Shown: positions 23,716-37,200, numbered from the whole stretch's first letter. The stretch is 63,380 nt of DNA, filler included, from Hausera hauseri (GCA_046269625.1; 11 parts of 11 records of this genome joined end to end with filler, not necessarily neighbours in it); one strand, 5' to 3'. The notes: generated from the letters alone by a model not told the origin. Translations and numbers: made by a program.

Positions 23716-24840
23716 ATTTACAACATTGTATTGAGTAATATTTCGTTTGTAGTAATCAGCTTTTTTAGAAATTTTTTAATATCAAGAAATCGCTTGTTTT
23801 TAGTCCATTTTAATCTTCTTAAGACCATCACACTGGTATATTCTACAGCTCTAAATTCCCTTGGTTTAAAACCTAATACAGAGAAAACCATAATTATATT
23901 CATTGAACTATAGACGTAGTGCCGTCATATAGTTTCAAGAAAAATAAAAATTTAAATATATAAANNNNNNNNNNNNNNNNNNNNNNNNNNNNNNNNNNNN
24001 NNNNNNNNTTAATTAATTAANNNNNNNNNNNNNNNNNNNNNNNNNNNNNNNNNNNNNNNNNNNNTGTTCTGTGGCTTTTTGACTTGTTTTTTGAACTGTT
24101 TCGGTTTGGATTGTTATTTTTTAATGCGGTTTTCGAATTTGCTTAGGTGGATTCTTGCTCTTCAAGCTCATTTTTGACTTTTACTTTTTGGGATTTTTGT
24201 TGATTGGGGAAATGGTTATTTCTTTCACAGGTTTCAAATTCAAAAAGGTCAGTTTGGGATTTTGATCGATTTTTTGATTCAGATTTTTTGGGTAATTAAG
24301 AGATCCTAACACCGTTAATTCTAACCTCGGTGGTTGCAACTGGTTTGTCAATTAACTATCTTACTTCCCCATTTTGGTACAGTTCATTATTTATGCAATT
24401 GGCATTTTCCGTTTCCTGACTCCTAACTGGCGGCTGTATTTCTTTTTTTCTGAAAGTCTGTATCTCATGGATTCTTGAGATTGTTGATTGTATTTCGTTT
24501 GTTCTAGGTATTCTAGGTGAATAAATTATTCCATGGTCGTCGATCGCTGAACGACAATATGGGACAGATGTTCTTTTCGTTTGGAACACCTTACGCAATA
24601 TACCTTAATGTTTTGTTCCCTCATAGGGATCCTCAAGGCTGAACGGTTTTCTATAGATATCAGTTTGATTTGAACTCATAGATTGTTTCTCACAGTCTTC
24701 ATATATAGGTGTAGTTGGCGGTAATATTGGTACCGGTGGTTTCATAACGGAATAGTTTTTATTTTCTTTTTATCCGGGAGACAGCGTCTCCTCCCTTAGG
24801 CTCGTCATCATTAGAATCATTTCTTCGCATTTTTATGCTT

Positions 24841-26326
24841 CTAAACTTCCATTTGTAATAAAATATGTTTCCTTTTACGTTTCCGATAGTGAGAACCAAG
24901 ATGTCGTTCAACATCCGCTTCCCATCTACTTTCTTCGTAAGCTTTTAAGAATTTACCAAATGGTGTGATAATAGTCGTTAAAATTTTACACGAAAATCGT
25001 GTTAGGGTGAATATCTAATATCCTTTTACGATCGCTTGAATTACTGCTTTAACCAGTTGAATTAAGAAATAAGTTTCTAAAAATCCAGATCCGGCTTGTT
25101 CAAGGATTAAAAATCTTCCCAAAATTTTATACAAGATTTCTGTAGTCACTCTTTGATAATGGTTAACGCCAACTAGTGATTCTCATTTCGCCTGGTAACG
25201 AGTATCCTCTAATATTGTATGTATAGTTAGGTTTAGTTCATGTGTACGCTGACGTGAGAAAAAAAGAAATTGTCTAAATCCTTCAACTTCTTTTGGTCTG
25301 TAAATACCTTTGGCTGCGGTGTCTTGAAATTTATCATCAGTTATTCCTTTTACTAAGTTCGTTCCTGTTAGCTTTATGGATGGAGTGATTATATCTCCGT
25401 TTGGTAGACTTATCTAATCAGTTTCGCTACGCCTAAACATAGGTTCTTATAGACTCGTTTTACAATCCTTCAAAATTGATGGTTGAGTTGAGTTTGCCAG
25501 TAAAAATCCTCAATTCGTATATCTTGAGTCTCAATCATGAATGTTTTGGCATTTATTTCTATTTCAGCTACAAAAAATTCTTCATAGTTAGCAGCATACA
25601 TTACCACATCGCATCGTGTGAGTACGTCCTTTATCACAAATTTTAGTCCATGAGTATCAGAAATTAGTATAGTAGGTGTAGGTTGTTCAGATACGTCGTC
25701 TCGTGTTTTCGAGTTAGAATCTATACTATTTAAATAACGTTTTCCTGTGGTTTCATTAAACTTTGGTTCTTTAATTTTAATAAAATTTCAGTCGGTCTTG
25801 GCCGGAAGTTCCCAAATTAGTACTGAACTTCTAAAAGCATAAGTGTCGCCTTGTATGTGTCACTTTTGGTTTTCAGTGTAAAGCATAGAAACTCTATGAA
25901 ACATCACGTTTTGTGTTCGCATCTCGGTTTCATAGAAGTTTACAACCACTATATTTTATTCTATTCCTTTCCAGCATCATATTCTGCACCGTTACAGTGT
26001 CCGTTGTACATATCTAGTTTTCCTGCTGCTACTTTAAATGCTCTAATTATTTTTCCTTGCTGCATTTCAAGTTCCATGCAATCCAATTGTAGTCTACCTG
26101 CTTCTCTAGCTTGCTTACAATGCTGGCGTTCCAAGTTCATTCGAATTGGTGGGGTCGTTGGCTTAATTATCGATGACTGTCCGTGCATTATAACACAATG
26201 GAAAATACTGCGGGATCGTGACAACATGCATTCTATTGCATCTAATGAGACTAACTCTCGCAGTTGATACAGTATGTAGTTTTTCACTTTTGTTTCTAAT
26301 TTATGCGCTCTTGCATTTTCGCACAT
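24841..26326 (-). pseudogene. Chuvirus-like (Monjiviricetes) fusion glycoprotein, decayed endogenous copy
   Basis: Ordered motifs: LYQ...IECMLSRSRSIFHCVIMHGQSS...C; AAGKLDMYNGHCNGAEY; LIWE; LKFVIKDVLTRCDVVMYAANYEEFFV; AAKGIYRPKEVEGFRQFL; TM region KILGRFLILEQAGSGFLETYFLIQLVKAVIQAIVKGY. Several stops, frameshifts and an apparent internal deletion. Confidence 0.78.
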
Positions 26327-26535
26327 TTATAAATCCATTAATAAATAATTTTGGCCAATTTTAAATTTGTCGCAGTCTCATATCGTCAGAGCTCCCATTT
26401 GCCTTATTAACATCATCACAGTTAGGAAGTTAATTAGCCAGTTGGACTCGTTTACTCCTACGATGTCTTCGAGCCTACTATTACTATTGATAGAGGAGGG
26501 CCTATTTTGAAGTTCTTCTTTTCAAATATTTTGGA

Positions 26536-28383
26536 AGTAGTGCGAAAATGGAGGTTTTTCCTCACCCACACCCGGGGGTGCCGAATCGATATTGCACATG
26601 TGCCAATCGATAGTGCACACTGTGCACTATCGATCGGTAGCGTGCTAGGCAACGGTACCGCTAGGCACTGTTGCAATGCACATTTTTGCAGTTTTGACAA
26701 ATTGATCGATGAATAGTGTAGTATTAATTAAATCGATCGGGACAAAGTGCTAATCGATAAAGCACATCGAGGCGCATCGATTGGTGCACAGTGCAGATGT
26801 GCAAAAATTAATAATATAAGATTTCCGATAAATCTAAAATCACTGATCGGCACTCGGCACCGGATGCAATCGGTAGCACACATGACGGGCTATGTGAATG
26901 TGCAGTTAGAATTTAAATCGATTGATTGGTTTTCGAATAATTCGCAAGTGTGGCAGAACCGCCACATGCCTTTCCGGTATTAATTTTAAATCAATAATAT
27001 CACTATGGCACATATACTGGCGGGTGCAGTACTTGATGTAGTATCGTTCATTGCGATATTCGAGTGCGGTGTGCACTTGGATACGGTTGCCAGGGCACTT
27101 TTTACTTTTCACACTTTTGCAGTTGTGCAGCGTATTTTGATGGAATTGATCGGGGTCAAGTGCAGGTGAATAGAGCACATCGAGATGCACCTTGATATAT
27201 TGCGTGCAGTGCAAAAACATGTGTGCAAGTGTGCAAAAATTAATAATATCGAATTTCCGATATTTCCAATATGGAAGATTAGCACTCGGCACAGGGTGCA
27301 TTCGAACACAAACACCGTGTAGTATATAAATGTGCAGTAAGAATTTAAATTTATCGATTAGTTATCGATTAATGTCGATTCAAAGTGCAAATCGGCTATA
27401 TTTTCAACATGTTTTCAAGTGCTAAGTAAGCAGAATTTGATCCAACATTGAGCGGGGACAGATAGGAAATGGATTATGGAGAATTCGAATCTGTACTTGA
27501 AAGTTCGAAATTTGAAGATTTTCCAACTCGAATATCGAAGTTCGAACTATTCGAAAAATCTAACAGGAGAAATCGATTTATCGTATTCGAAAACCCCTAC
27601 GTGCATAAAAAGTATTCCATAAAAATGTACTATATAGGCATAAAATCAATATTTTGAATTAAGAAAATGTGCATTTGAAGCGCAATGAAGCGGAAATCGA
27701 TAAATCTAATAGCGGGCCTGGATAGGAAGTTATGTATGCCGAATTGGAATATGGCATCAGGTATTCGAAATTGAGCTTACAAGTCGAATACTTGGCTATA
27801 CGAACTCGAATATTCGGTCAAGCATGCATTATTCGAAGAATCTAATGACGGCATTCGATTATCCATGGTCGAAAACCTATATTGCAATCACGATTAGTGC
27901 GGTACAATGCAATGCAGTGTATAAAATCAAGGTTTTTCAAATATTATAAAAGTTCTTGTTAAATTCAAAGTCATTATTATATTGATTAAGCAATTGAGTT
28001 GAGTTTGAAGGTGAAGCACATTGAAATCGGTAAATCTTTAAGTGCACATGGGTAGGAAAGCATATATGGCGAATCCGATTCTGGTGTCAGATGATCGAAA
28101 ACATTATTCGAACTCGAATAAATATCGATTTGAACTTGAATAATCGGTGAAGCATGCATTATTCAAAGAATCTGATAGTTTTAATCGATTTCCCCTGGTC
28201 GAAAACCTATATTGCAATCACGATTAGTGCGGTGCAATGCAATGCAGTGTATAAAATCAAGGTTTTTCAAATATGCTAAAAGTTCTTGCTAAATTCAAAG
28301 TCATTCTTATATTGATTAAGCAATTGAGTTGAGTTTGAAGGTGAAGCACATTGAAATCGGTAAATCTTTAAGTGCACATGGGT
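26536..28383 (+). mobile_element. Terminus of a TGCAC-rich repeat family beginning AGTAGT (candidate Polinton-type terminal inverted repeat or non-autonomous derivative)
   Basis: agtagtgcgaaaatg...atcgatattgcacatgtgccaatcgatagtgcacac is homologous in inverse orientation to 53590-53897. Homology ends at AGTAGT in both copies. Confidence 0.55.
27460..28383. repeat. Tandem subrepeats of ~260-330 bp
   Basis: 27820-28053 is near-identical to 28150-28383 (period 330). More diverged units start near 27460 and 27720 (gataggaa...gaatt.gaat). Confidence 0.85.
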
Positions 28384-28899
28384 NNNNNNNNNNNNNNNNN
28401 NNNNNNNNNNNNNNNNNNNNNNNNNNNTTAATTAATTAANNNNNNNNNNNNNNNNNNNNNNNNNNNNNNNNNNNNNNNNNNNNGACCGAAACGGATCTTT
28501 TAAGATGTGAATAGATTCCTAAATCAGATAATATGTAAATGCTGAACCCTGTCAAATGGCTCGAGACAGTGTGAGTAGAGCATTAAAACACCATTTTTTT
28601 ATGATTATAACATACGTGATTATAACAATATGAACTGGTGATATGAGTAGTAAGCTACTCGCATTTCGAGTCTCATTTCTAGCGCTAATATAGGGGCGAT
28701 AGCAAAATATGGGGGCGCAGGCCGGCGCAAGATGGCGCCTGTCAGGTACCCAGAAAGGGGAGACAACTTTTGTATTTTTTTTAATTTTTTTTTTAGGTAA
28801 GAGGGTGTTTTTTATGCAACGACAGCAAATTCTTGTCCTCCGGGGGCTACCGTTTTCTTCTTCTTCTTCTTCTTCTTTGTGTTGTAAGCCGTGACAATG

Positions 28900-30065
28900 G
28901 TGGGTATCGTCAGCAGGTCGCCTTGTTATATGAATCTGTAATATTATAGGTGATTTGTATATTTTGTACGAGGTGGGGGAAGGTTTTCGGGGTGTCATCA
29001 GCAGGTGGATACCTCGGTAGTAGGAGGAGATAATGTTTTCTTATGTATTAATATAGGTATTTTGTATATATTGTTATGTAATTATTGATAAGAGTGGTGT
29101 CGTCAGCAGGTTGGTTAGGTGGATACCCGGGTAGTAAGGGAGACTATTTATTCGTATACAATAGTAATTGATATAATAGTCATATTAGTAAGTATTTATA
29201 AGGGGTTCTCGGGGTTCCTCTTTGGGGTGTCGTCAGCAGATGTGCACCCGGATAGTATGGAGAGATATCTTTTGATGACATCATCTTGATGGCGTAATAT
29301 TTGTTTATGTACTTAGATGTTATTATGCACCAGCATCTGACTTTTGATGACGGCATTTTTGATGATGCAATATATTTTATGTACTTAATTCCACCATTAT
29401 CATTCTTGTGATGTCGTCGAATTTAGATGACGTAGGATACAGGTAATTGGGTTTTACAAGCGGCGGTATGTTATGTCTAGGTATCATCATCATTCTCAGC
29501 TGGGGGTCCGCTATAGGTCGCTGGTGACGTAGCTTCGTACGAATTTCAGATGTGTCCGGAGGGTCTTTTGATATTGTCTTGTTCAAGGTTGGGGTAGATC
29601 TCAACGTGTAGCCGACAATGGTGCTGGTCTTGGTTTGCCCTTGTTCTCCCAAGGGTTGGGGTGTCGTCACAAGGTTACCCGTCGTAGTAGATATCCGGGT
29701 GTTAGGGGTGGGTCATCTGTTGTCTGTCTTGTCCATGTTGTTGTTGAGAGGTGAGTTGTCCAAGCAAGTGTGTCTTCTGATCTTGTATTACCCAAAGTCT
29801 GGGGTTCAATCTCATTGTGTAATGAGATAAGTGTGCTGGTCTTGGTTTGCCCTTGTTTCCAAAGGGTTGGGGCTTGTCCATGGTTGTTAAGGAGTGGGTA
29901 TTCGGGGGTAGGTAGTGGGGGTGTCAGCAGAACGGTAGTAGACACCTGGGTGTTGGGTGTTGGGTATTCTGTTTCCTATGATTGCTGAGGTCTTCTAGAC
30001 TAATAGTAGGTAGTGGGGTGTCGTCGGAAGCTTGCCCGATGTAGTAGATACCCGGGTGTTGGCAG
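28900..30065. repeat. Seven irregularly spaced copies of a GGGGTGTCGTCAGCAG...GATACCCGGGT motif
   Basis: Copies near 28902, 28989, 29095, 29224, 29658, 29918 and 30015. Also a duplicated gtgctggtcttggtttgcccttgtt at 29621 and 29833. Confidence 0.75.
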
Positions 30066-32099
30066 TGTGTCTTGCCCAAGGTAGTGTTTAGGTGCGCTCA
30101 GAAGAGATGCGTGTAAGACTGGTGGGGGTAGTGAGAAATAATAGTAACAAACATGTAGTGACACTCATAAAAAAACAGGCAGATTTACATATAAAAATTT
30201 AATTTACATTTTTTTTACAATTTTAAGAATGGCGACGCCCGACATACTTTTGGTGGCGGTTCTTTTGACTCATCGTCGTCGCTGTCGTCATCTTCCGAAG
30301 TCATCGTTGATGACTATAATTTCATCTTCTGATTCACTGAACATATTTGGAAACATGGCTGTATCTGAAGACTGTGATGAGGACGACAATATTTGGGAGA
30401 AATGAGGCAAGGCTGGCGGTGATGTTGTATGCATTGTAGTTGTTTGGACAGTAATTCGGCCATTTCGTTTTGGCTTAGCGTCTTCATCATCACCAGGTGG
30501 ATGTGTGCTATAGCTATGTCTTCAAATGTCTCGGAGTTTAGGCAAGTGTGGGCCAGCTGGTTTGCCTGATCTTCTAGGCACCCCTCACGGAATTCTGGGG
30601 TCAAAGGAGGGCTTCCCATATTTTATTTGTCATGGCTTATTTAAAGTTCATGCTATCTGTGGAAGAGAAAGAAGAAGAAATAGGCGTTAATGTATAAATG
30701 TACAGGGAATACACATATCAAACCTATTTTACTAGCCCCCATACCTCATTGCATCGCTCGCTAATAATCGAAACAACACCATTTTCAATATCGAGTTCAA
30801 AACAAGGTCCCAACACGCATCTTGGGTATCGTTATTTATGCGTCCCTAAGAATACATAAGAACGAATAAGGGCATGTCCAGAGTGCGGACAATCCATACA
30901 ACATTTGTAGTCGCTGCACAATCCTCACTTCTGTGCCCTTTTTGGTACGGAAAGTTGCAACTTTCTTTTTACAAAATCAAAGAAGGACAAGCTGCCCGAG
31001 TAATAAGACAACAAAGAAATTCAGAGAAATATTATTCTTACCCAAAATTATTTGAGCCAACACCGTTCCTTCCTCTTTGTCGAAGTCCGACGACATGCTT
31101 GACCGCAGCGAACGCCGTTAGTTTCTCCTTGTCGCTGTCGCGACCCGTTGACAAGGGTCGCCGTTCGTATGTTACCAAAGTCGGTAAACTTTTGTCTCCA
31201 CAAACATGATACTGTTTAAAAAGTCCCATCTAGCAAGACACCTAATGCTATACAGCTGTCACATACGACCAGACATCTGATGATGGTCCCCTCGGTCAAG
31301 GCACATAATAATGCTTAATAAGACCCTTCACCAGCTCCCATGACACGTCACCCGATGATGCTTGCTAATACCTCTAACAAGACACACGATGATGATGGTA
31401 ATGTTGACTGATAGTCGAAAAAGAAGAAGTGGAAACACGTCCACCAAGTAAACATTTCGTTTCTATGACCAGTGTGTTATTTGCATCAGCGCTGACTTGG
31501 CAGCACATTGTTAGAAATATTGAAACACACAAATAACACTACATTACTTCAGCAAAACATGTCCTTCAATAATGCATTCTTTCAGTTTACCAAAAACAAA
31601 CGCTCTTAATCTGTTACTTTTACAAAAAAGACCTGTCTCTTCATGTGACTAAGTGAAATCACACAGTTCTACCAGGCAACATTTTTTTTCACTTCAGTTT
31701 TACACGTTATAATAACATTTTCTCCAAAGCTTTCGTCATCGGATTACAGATTCACTAGGCTCACAACACGTTAGACACATACAATGGTCTGAAGTTACTT
31801 ATCTCCATGTGAACTGCATATCGACCTTAAGGGTCGATCTTGTGTTTTTTTCTGTCGAAGGATGAAAAACCCACGTGACAAAAAGAAATGAAAAATGAAT
31901 TAGAAATAAAAAATTATAGCAAAAAATCAGAAAAAAATGACCGACCTGAATGCCCGACTTGAAAGCCCAACCTGAGGACTACAGTTAAACACTTCAGTTT
32001 ATGTACAGTTTGTCTTCGGGCGTAAGTGCCTGTGATTGTGTCTACAACCTCGAATAAAATTTAAGGTATGTGATGCTAGCAACACACGACACCAGCGGA

Positions 32100-32410
32100 A
32101 CCCACGGCTGAGGATAAGATTATATAAAATAAGATCATAATTTAACCGAGGTTGAGAAATAGGTAGCATTGCCTGTTTATATTAGGGGTAGATTTTTCCC
32201 AGAATTTTTTCTCGGACAGCGGCCGTTAGGTCTACTTTTTTTCGATTTCCAACTGCCAAGGGATTTTTAAGGTGCACGACAATGTACACGGACATCCGAT
32301 CTCACTACCCAGAGATTAGGGAAATTTATTGCTAGAAGATTCAGGAGAAACAAATCCCAAGTGCTTCCACCAGGATTCGAACCCCGTAACTCTAGCACTA
32401 GAGGCGAAAG
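32100..32410 (-). mobile_element. tRNA-derived SINE (head partly truncated)
   Basis: Minus strand ctctagtgctagagttacggGGTTCGAATCCtggtggaagca (B box/T arm) followed by a SINE-like body (gtcgtgcaccttaaaaatccc). Not a complete tRNA; the 3' boundary is approximate. Confidence 0.55.
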
Positions 32411-34249
32411 AAAGAACAAATTTCCAATGTTTTCACCTAATTTGAAATATTTAATTATATTACTTAAATTAAGGAATAGTTTACCTCTGTACTAGTCTGG
32501 TCTAAAGTTCTTGAAGGAAATAGTGACTACGTAGCTCCTATGGAGCCGCATAGAAACAACACTTTCGCCTCATGATAATTTTTAAACGCGGCAAGAATGC
32601 GAATTTCATATCCGTTCGTCGGAACTTTGACCTGTAACCATTTCTCAAGCTGCTAACATTTGAATCGACTATCTGCGGTAAATTTTCAAAAGAAACACGT
32701 CACGAGAATGCCGATAATCATAATAATACCCACTCCCCCACTCCAGCTATGTTAGCGCCCTAACGTTGGGATACAGGGGGGGGGGGGGCAAGTTCTAACA
32801 AAGGATAACAGCAATGTTTTTTTTTTCCTTTTGAAATGGAGAGCTGCTGGCTGTAAGATTCTCATCGTTTACAAGATTTTTTAATTTCGTTTTTTAAATT
32901 TAAATTTTTTTCTTTTTGTCAGCATTGCTAAATTTGTGAACGTGGAGGCCCCGCCACTGAATCTACTGGAACTAGCATCACACAGTTCCTATATATATGT
33001 TGCTCTTCCAATTCCAATAACCACAAGATATGTTCTCGCTCTTCATCCCAGTAACTCACTGGCTATGAGGCTTTGTGCTTTTCCTGCACATATACGTTCT
33101 TCCGTTACAAGTTCTCACACATCGCATTCATTCTCCTTATATAAACATTATTACTTCACTCTGCATCATGTGATCAACCAAACCAAGTTGACAAGGCTTA
33201 CCAGTGGCGCGTGGTAGGTGGCCAACTCTCGCGGCTAGTCTGAGATTGCGCTCCTAATCAGTGGACCATTACAACTCTCATAGTCCATTCCACAAGTCCA
33301 GTCAAACCGAAATAAATGTCTAGATGAGCAATACTTTTTTTTAACAAGTTGTAGTTTCACCATAATGAAGCACACGTGTATTCTTGCGTAATNNNNNNNN
33401 NNNNNNNNNNNNNNNNNNNNNNNNNNNNNNNNNNNNTTAATTAATTAANNNNNNNNNNNNNNNNNNNNNNNNNNNNNNNNNNNNNNNNNNNNCCCCTGAG
33501 AATGAATGAAATTGAAATAGCTGCTACATTCCATGTACAACACCGGGCTCTGCGGTGTTGCAGCCTGTCATACTATATCAAAATGGCCACAGCGGTGCAG
33601 AACCCTCTCAAATCGTGAGTACATGGCGCCTCCTCGGCGCTCGCGCTCCTCTCCGTGTTTGTGCATGCTGTCAGTGTTTAGCTCGGGCGCATGAAATTCC
33701 CCGATAATTCATCAGGATGAGGAGGATTTGGTCCGAGGACGCGGAATGCACGGAGCGGAGCCCTGATGTAATGTCAGGGGGGAGGCAGGAGAAAAGTTCC
33801 CCGGTACAGCCGGTGGTTTCAGGGATGGAGGGGCTTTCTGTGCGCTCCGGTTCCCCCGCGCGCGCGCCTTCAGCAGCGTGCGGAGCAGCAGGGATCTGGA
33901 GGAATGCTGGAGGTGGATGGATGGATGCGGGTGACCCGGCACGTCCCCTGACGGCGCGGCCGGCCAAGGATCTCGGAGCAAGCCGGGGGCTGAGGTGGCG
34001 GGCTGGTGGCTTCACAGCAGGTTTATCTGGACCCAGAGAGGGGGGTGGAGGAATAAAATGAACCCACCAAGCAGTTTAAAAGTGAACATCTGGCTGGATT
34101 TTATAAACATTTCTGCAAGTGCAAACCATAAGGAACACCCGGAGCATGTAACATCTGCCTCCCAGAAAGACAACACAATGTTGTTCAAACTTGTTCTAAA
34201 ATAAAAAAATAAAAAATAAAATAAAATAAAAAAAAAATAAAAAAATAAA

Positions 34250-37200
34250 AAATAAGTAAATAAAATAAAAAGTTTGATCTTTAAATACTACCGCAAAGCC
34301 AGAAAATGTTTCGTGTTGCATAAATTGCAAGCTCGGTAGTTTCAAAAGTTTTGTTTCTTTTGGTTCAGGTTTAATGGGTATTAAAGTCTGTTTTTAGTAT
34401 TTAACACAATTATTTTGAGTTTTATCTTAATTATGATATCTTAAAATTATATTGCAAATACATTGCAATGGGGACACTGCTCATTGAATCAATTATTTTG
34501 TCCAATGGGCTGTTATTTCTTTCATAGTGGAGTACCATACATATTGTAATAGATTGAAAATTAATCATTTAATTACAAAATTAGAAATTATGTTACATTG
34601 CAATTTCAATTGCAGAAAATTTTCCTGTAAAAGAGCTTCAAATTGGAATTCATATTATTATTCACTGGGTTTAAGTTCTGTCTAAAGTTCCCAAAACATT
34701 TATTTTTGATTTTAATGGTAATTTTGTTATTTTTAATTTATATTGCATAACGTTGCAAGGTTAAGCTGAGCTCATGAAATTTGGATTTGGGAGTCTATTT
34801 TATAATTTTAGAACAATTTTTAATTGCATAAGATTTCTTTTTGTGTACTTGCAAGAGAGAGAGAGAAAGAGATAGAGAGATGAAACGAAAAACTTTTCTC
34901 ATTACTTTTTATTTAACTGCACGATGCAAAATTTTTACGATCAAATTAATGTTTCTACAAATGTCATCTACATTATATGTCTATATGCTATAGGAAAATA
35001 TTTCTATTTAAGAATATGATTTGAATGTTATAAACCTACATTGCTTGTAAGACATTCATCAAATTTGAATTTATTCACATTACAAAGGCGTACTGTTATT
35101 TTCATCTTTGCAAAGCTCTTAGTTCAAAAGTTGTTTACCCAGCGGTAAAAGAACTTATAGAGTATATTTTCGACATTGGTTATTGAATATAAATGTACCA
35201 TCTGAGTATCTCTCATCCTGGTTCAGAATACATCTTAGCTCAGTGGGTCTTAGTAGTAGTTGTGAGACCTTCTATGGGCTTTTATTATATTGGAATTCCA
35301 CACACGATAAGGGAATTATAGCCATCAATTTTTCTAACGACATTGTTTTCATCCTATCTCGTTGCAACATAAATTGCCAGAGAGCAACACTTAGGAATTA
35401 TTATTTCCTTTGGGCTTCGTGAGTTATGACTTCAGTGCTGTGGAATTAGATGTCATTTGACAATCATGATGTGCCTTCCCCATCGGCTTTTGTCGGTTGT
35501 CCGTATGACAGCACACAAAGCAATAAAGAAAGTGTTTACTGGCTGTTCTAACAGCTTTGCATATTGCAATTGCATGCGTAACACTTTAAAGTGGTTTCTC
35601 CATTCATATTTGTATACCGGAGTAGCATACAAAGCTGCCTGAAGAGGAAATACCAGGTAGCTATCACGCTGCTCTCGATGACATAACAAAGCAAAATTCC
35701 TCCTGTTGACGCATTCCAGGAGTTTCGCTTCTCTTCACTTGTTATAATGTTTTAAATCTGCTTCATTCTCGGAACTCCGCCGAGTGGCAATACTGCCAAA
35801 CTGAAGTCTCGGATTTCACATTTTCAAGTTTATGCCCCATTGGCAGTTGCCATTTTTATATTTTGCTTTATATTTACTTGTTCACAGTACATAGGTATTT
35901 GCAGATATCATACCTCAGTGGAAGGACAGTAAATAACTTTGATTTGCAAAACTTCAGGCAAACACATGTATTGGACCTTCGGTTACTCCCATTTATAACC
36001 AAATTTCTTGCAAAGATAGTTGCAATATTACTTTTGATGTGGACGTTACAAAATTTGAGGAATGTCAGTTATATTTTCATGGGTTACAAATATAAAATTC
36101 TTATTATAAGCGCACCTGACTCCATTGCAGAAGGTTAGGTCTTTCAGGTCTCGAGAATGTAAGCAAGCTTACCTTCTCTTTCTCGGGATTCACCATATGC
36201 ACCCCCCCCTAAGGGCATTCCCTCGTTTGGTGCCCGGGGGAGGTGATGCTCCGAATGAGGAAATGCCATAGCAGGCAGTTACCCGCTGACCTTTACTCTG
36301 AACACAGGGCTTTGTGCCCTGCTCTGCTGGCCAGAGGCCGGCAGGTTGTTCACTCTCTCTTTAGCGTCTCTCTCTCATTAACGTTTTATCTTAATAATGT
36401 TTATCTAATTACTGAAGATCATTTAAATTGTGCAAACTAGTGAACAATCGAATAAAGTGATAATTGAAGAATATTTTTATTTAAACCAAACTAGGTTTAA
36501 GGTTTCATGTGTGTGCGTCAGTGCCGGCTTTAATACCTTTGAGGGCATCAGGCCGCCGGCTTGAAGCAGAGTGTCTTATTAGAGGCAGTTGTCTATTAGG
36601 GGAGTCGCCCCCCCGGGGGCGTTGCAAGTGGTTGATCCCTTCATAGTGACACGAACATCCAACCTTCCGATGTAGAGTTAGGAAAAGCATATTAGCAGAA
36701 GTTATTTAATTTCATATGTAAACGTAAGAAGAAATTGAAAGAGAGAGAGAGAGTGTGTCTTTTCAACGTAAGAATAAACACAGAGAGAGAGAGAAAGATG
36801 AAAAAGTAAGGACAAAGATAGAGAGAGAGAGAGAGAGAGAGAAGAGATAAATCACATTTTAAGCCTATCTCGCCGCACACACACACACTCCCGTTTTGAG
36901 GTTTGAAGTTTGAAAAAAAAAAAAAAGGAAAGAAACAAATCATGAAGGAAAACCATACGCCCTGAAAAACAACAACAAAAGTTTTTTTTCGAAAAAGGAA
37001 AAAAAAAAAAAAAAGGTGTAAGAGGACTCATTGCCCCGTTTTCGAGATGTGAATTGGGGGGTTGCAACCTTCCCCACTTTTGAGGTTTAACGAAGAGAAA
37101 GAAATGAATAAACGGAGAATAAAAAGATAATCAAACGAGATTATGAGATATAGAAAAGAAAGAAAATAAATATTTAACAAATAACAATGAAGTTTCACCA

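Noticed and set aside
28984-29001. Hammerhead ribozyme core (CTGATGA...GAAA, minus strand)
   Set aside because: No pairing stem II or convincing stems I/III, and GAAA is absent in sibling copies. Not called as a feature.
28900-30065. CRISPR-like repeat-spacer array
   Set aside because: Repeats are degenerate, spacing is highly irregular (about 90-430 bp), there are no cas genes, and the context is eukaryotic.
32360-32410. tRNA gene
   Set aside because: Only the anticodon/T-arm half is recognisable and it continues into a SINE-like body.
33671-34061. Overlapping Pro/Ala/Gly-rich ORFs on both strands
   Set aside because: Expected by chance in GC-rich sequence; no recognisable domain.
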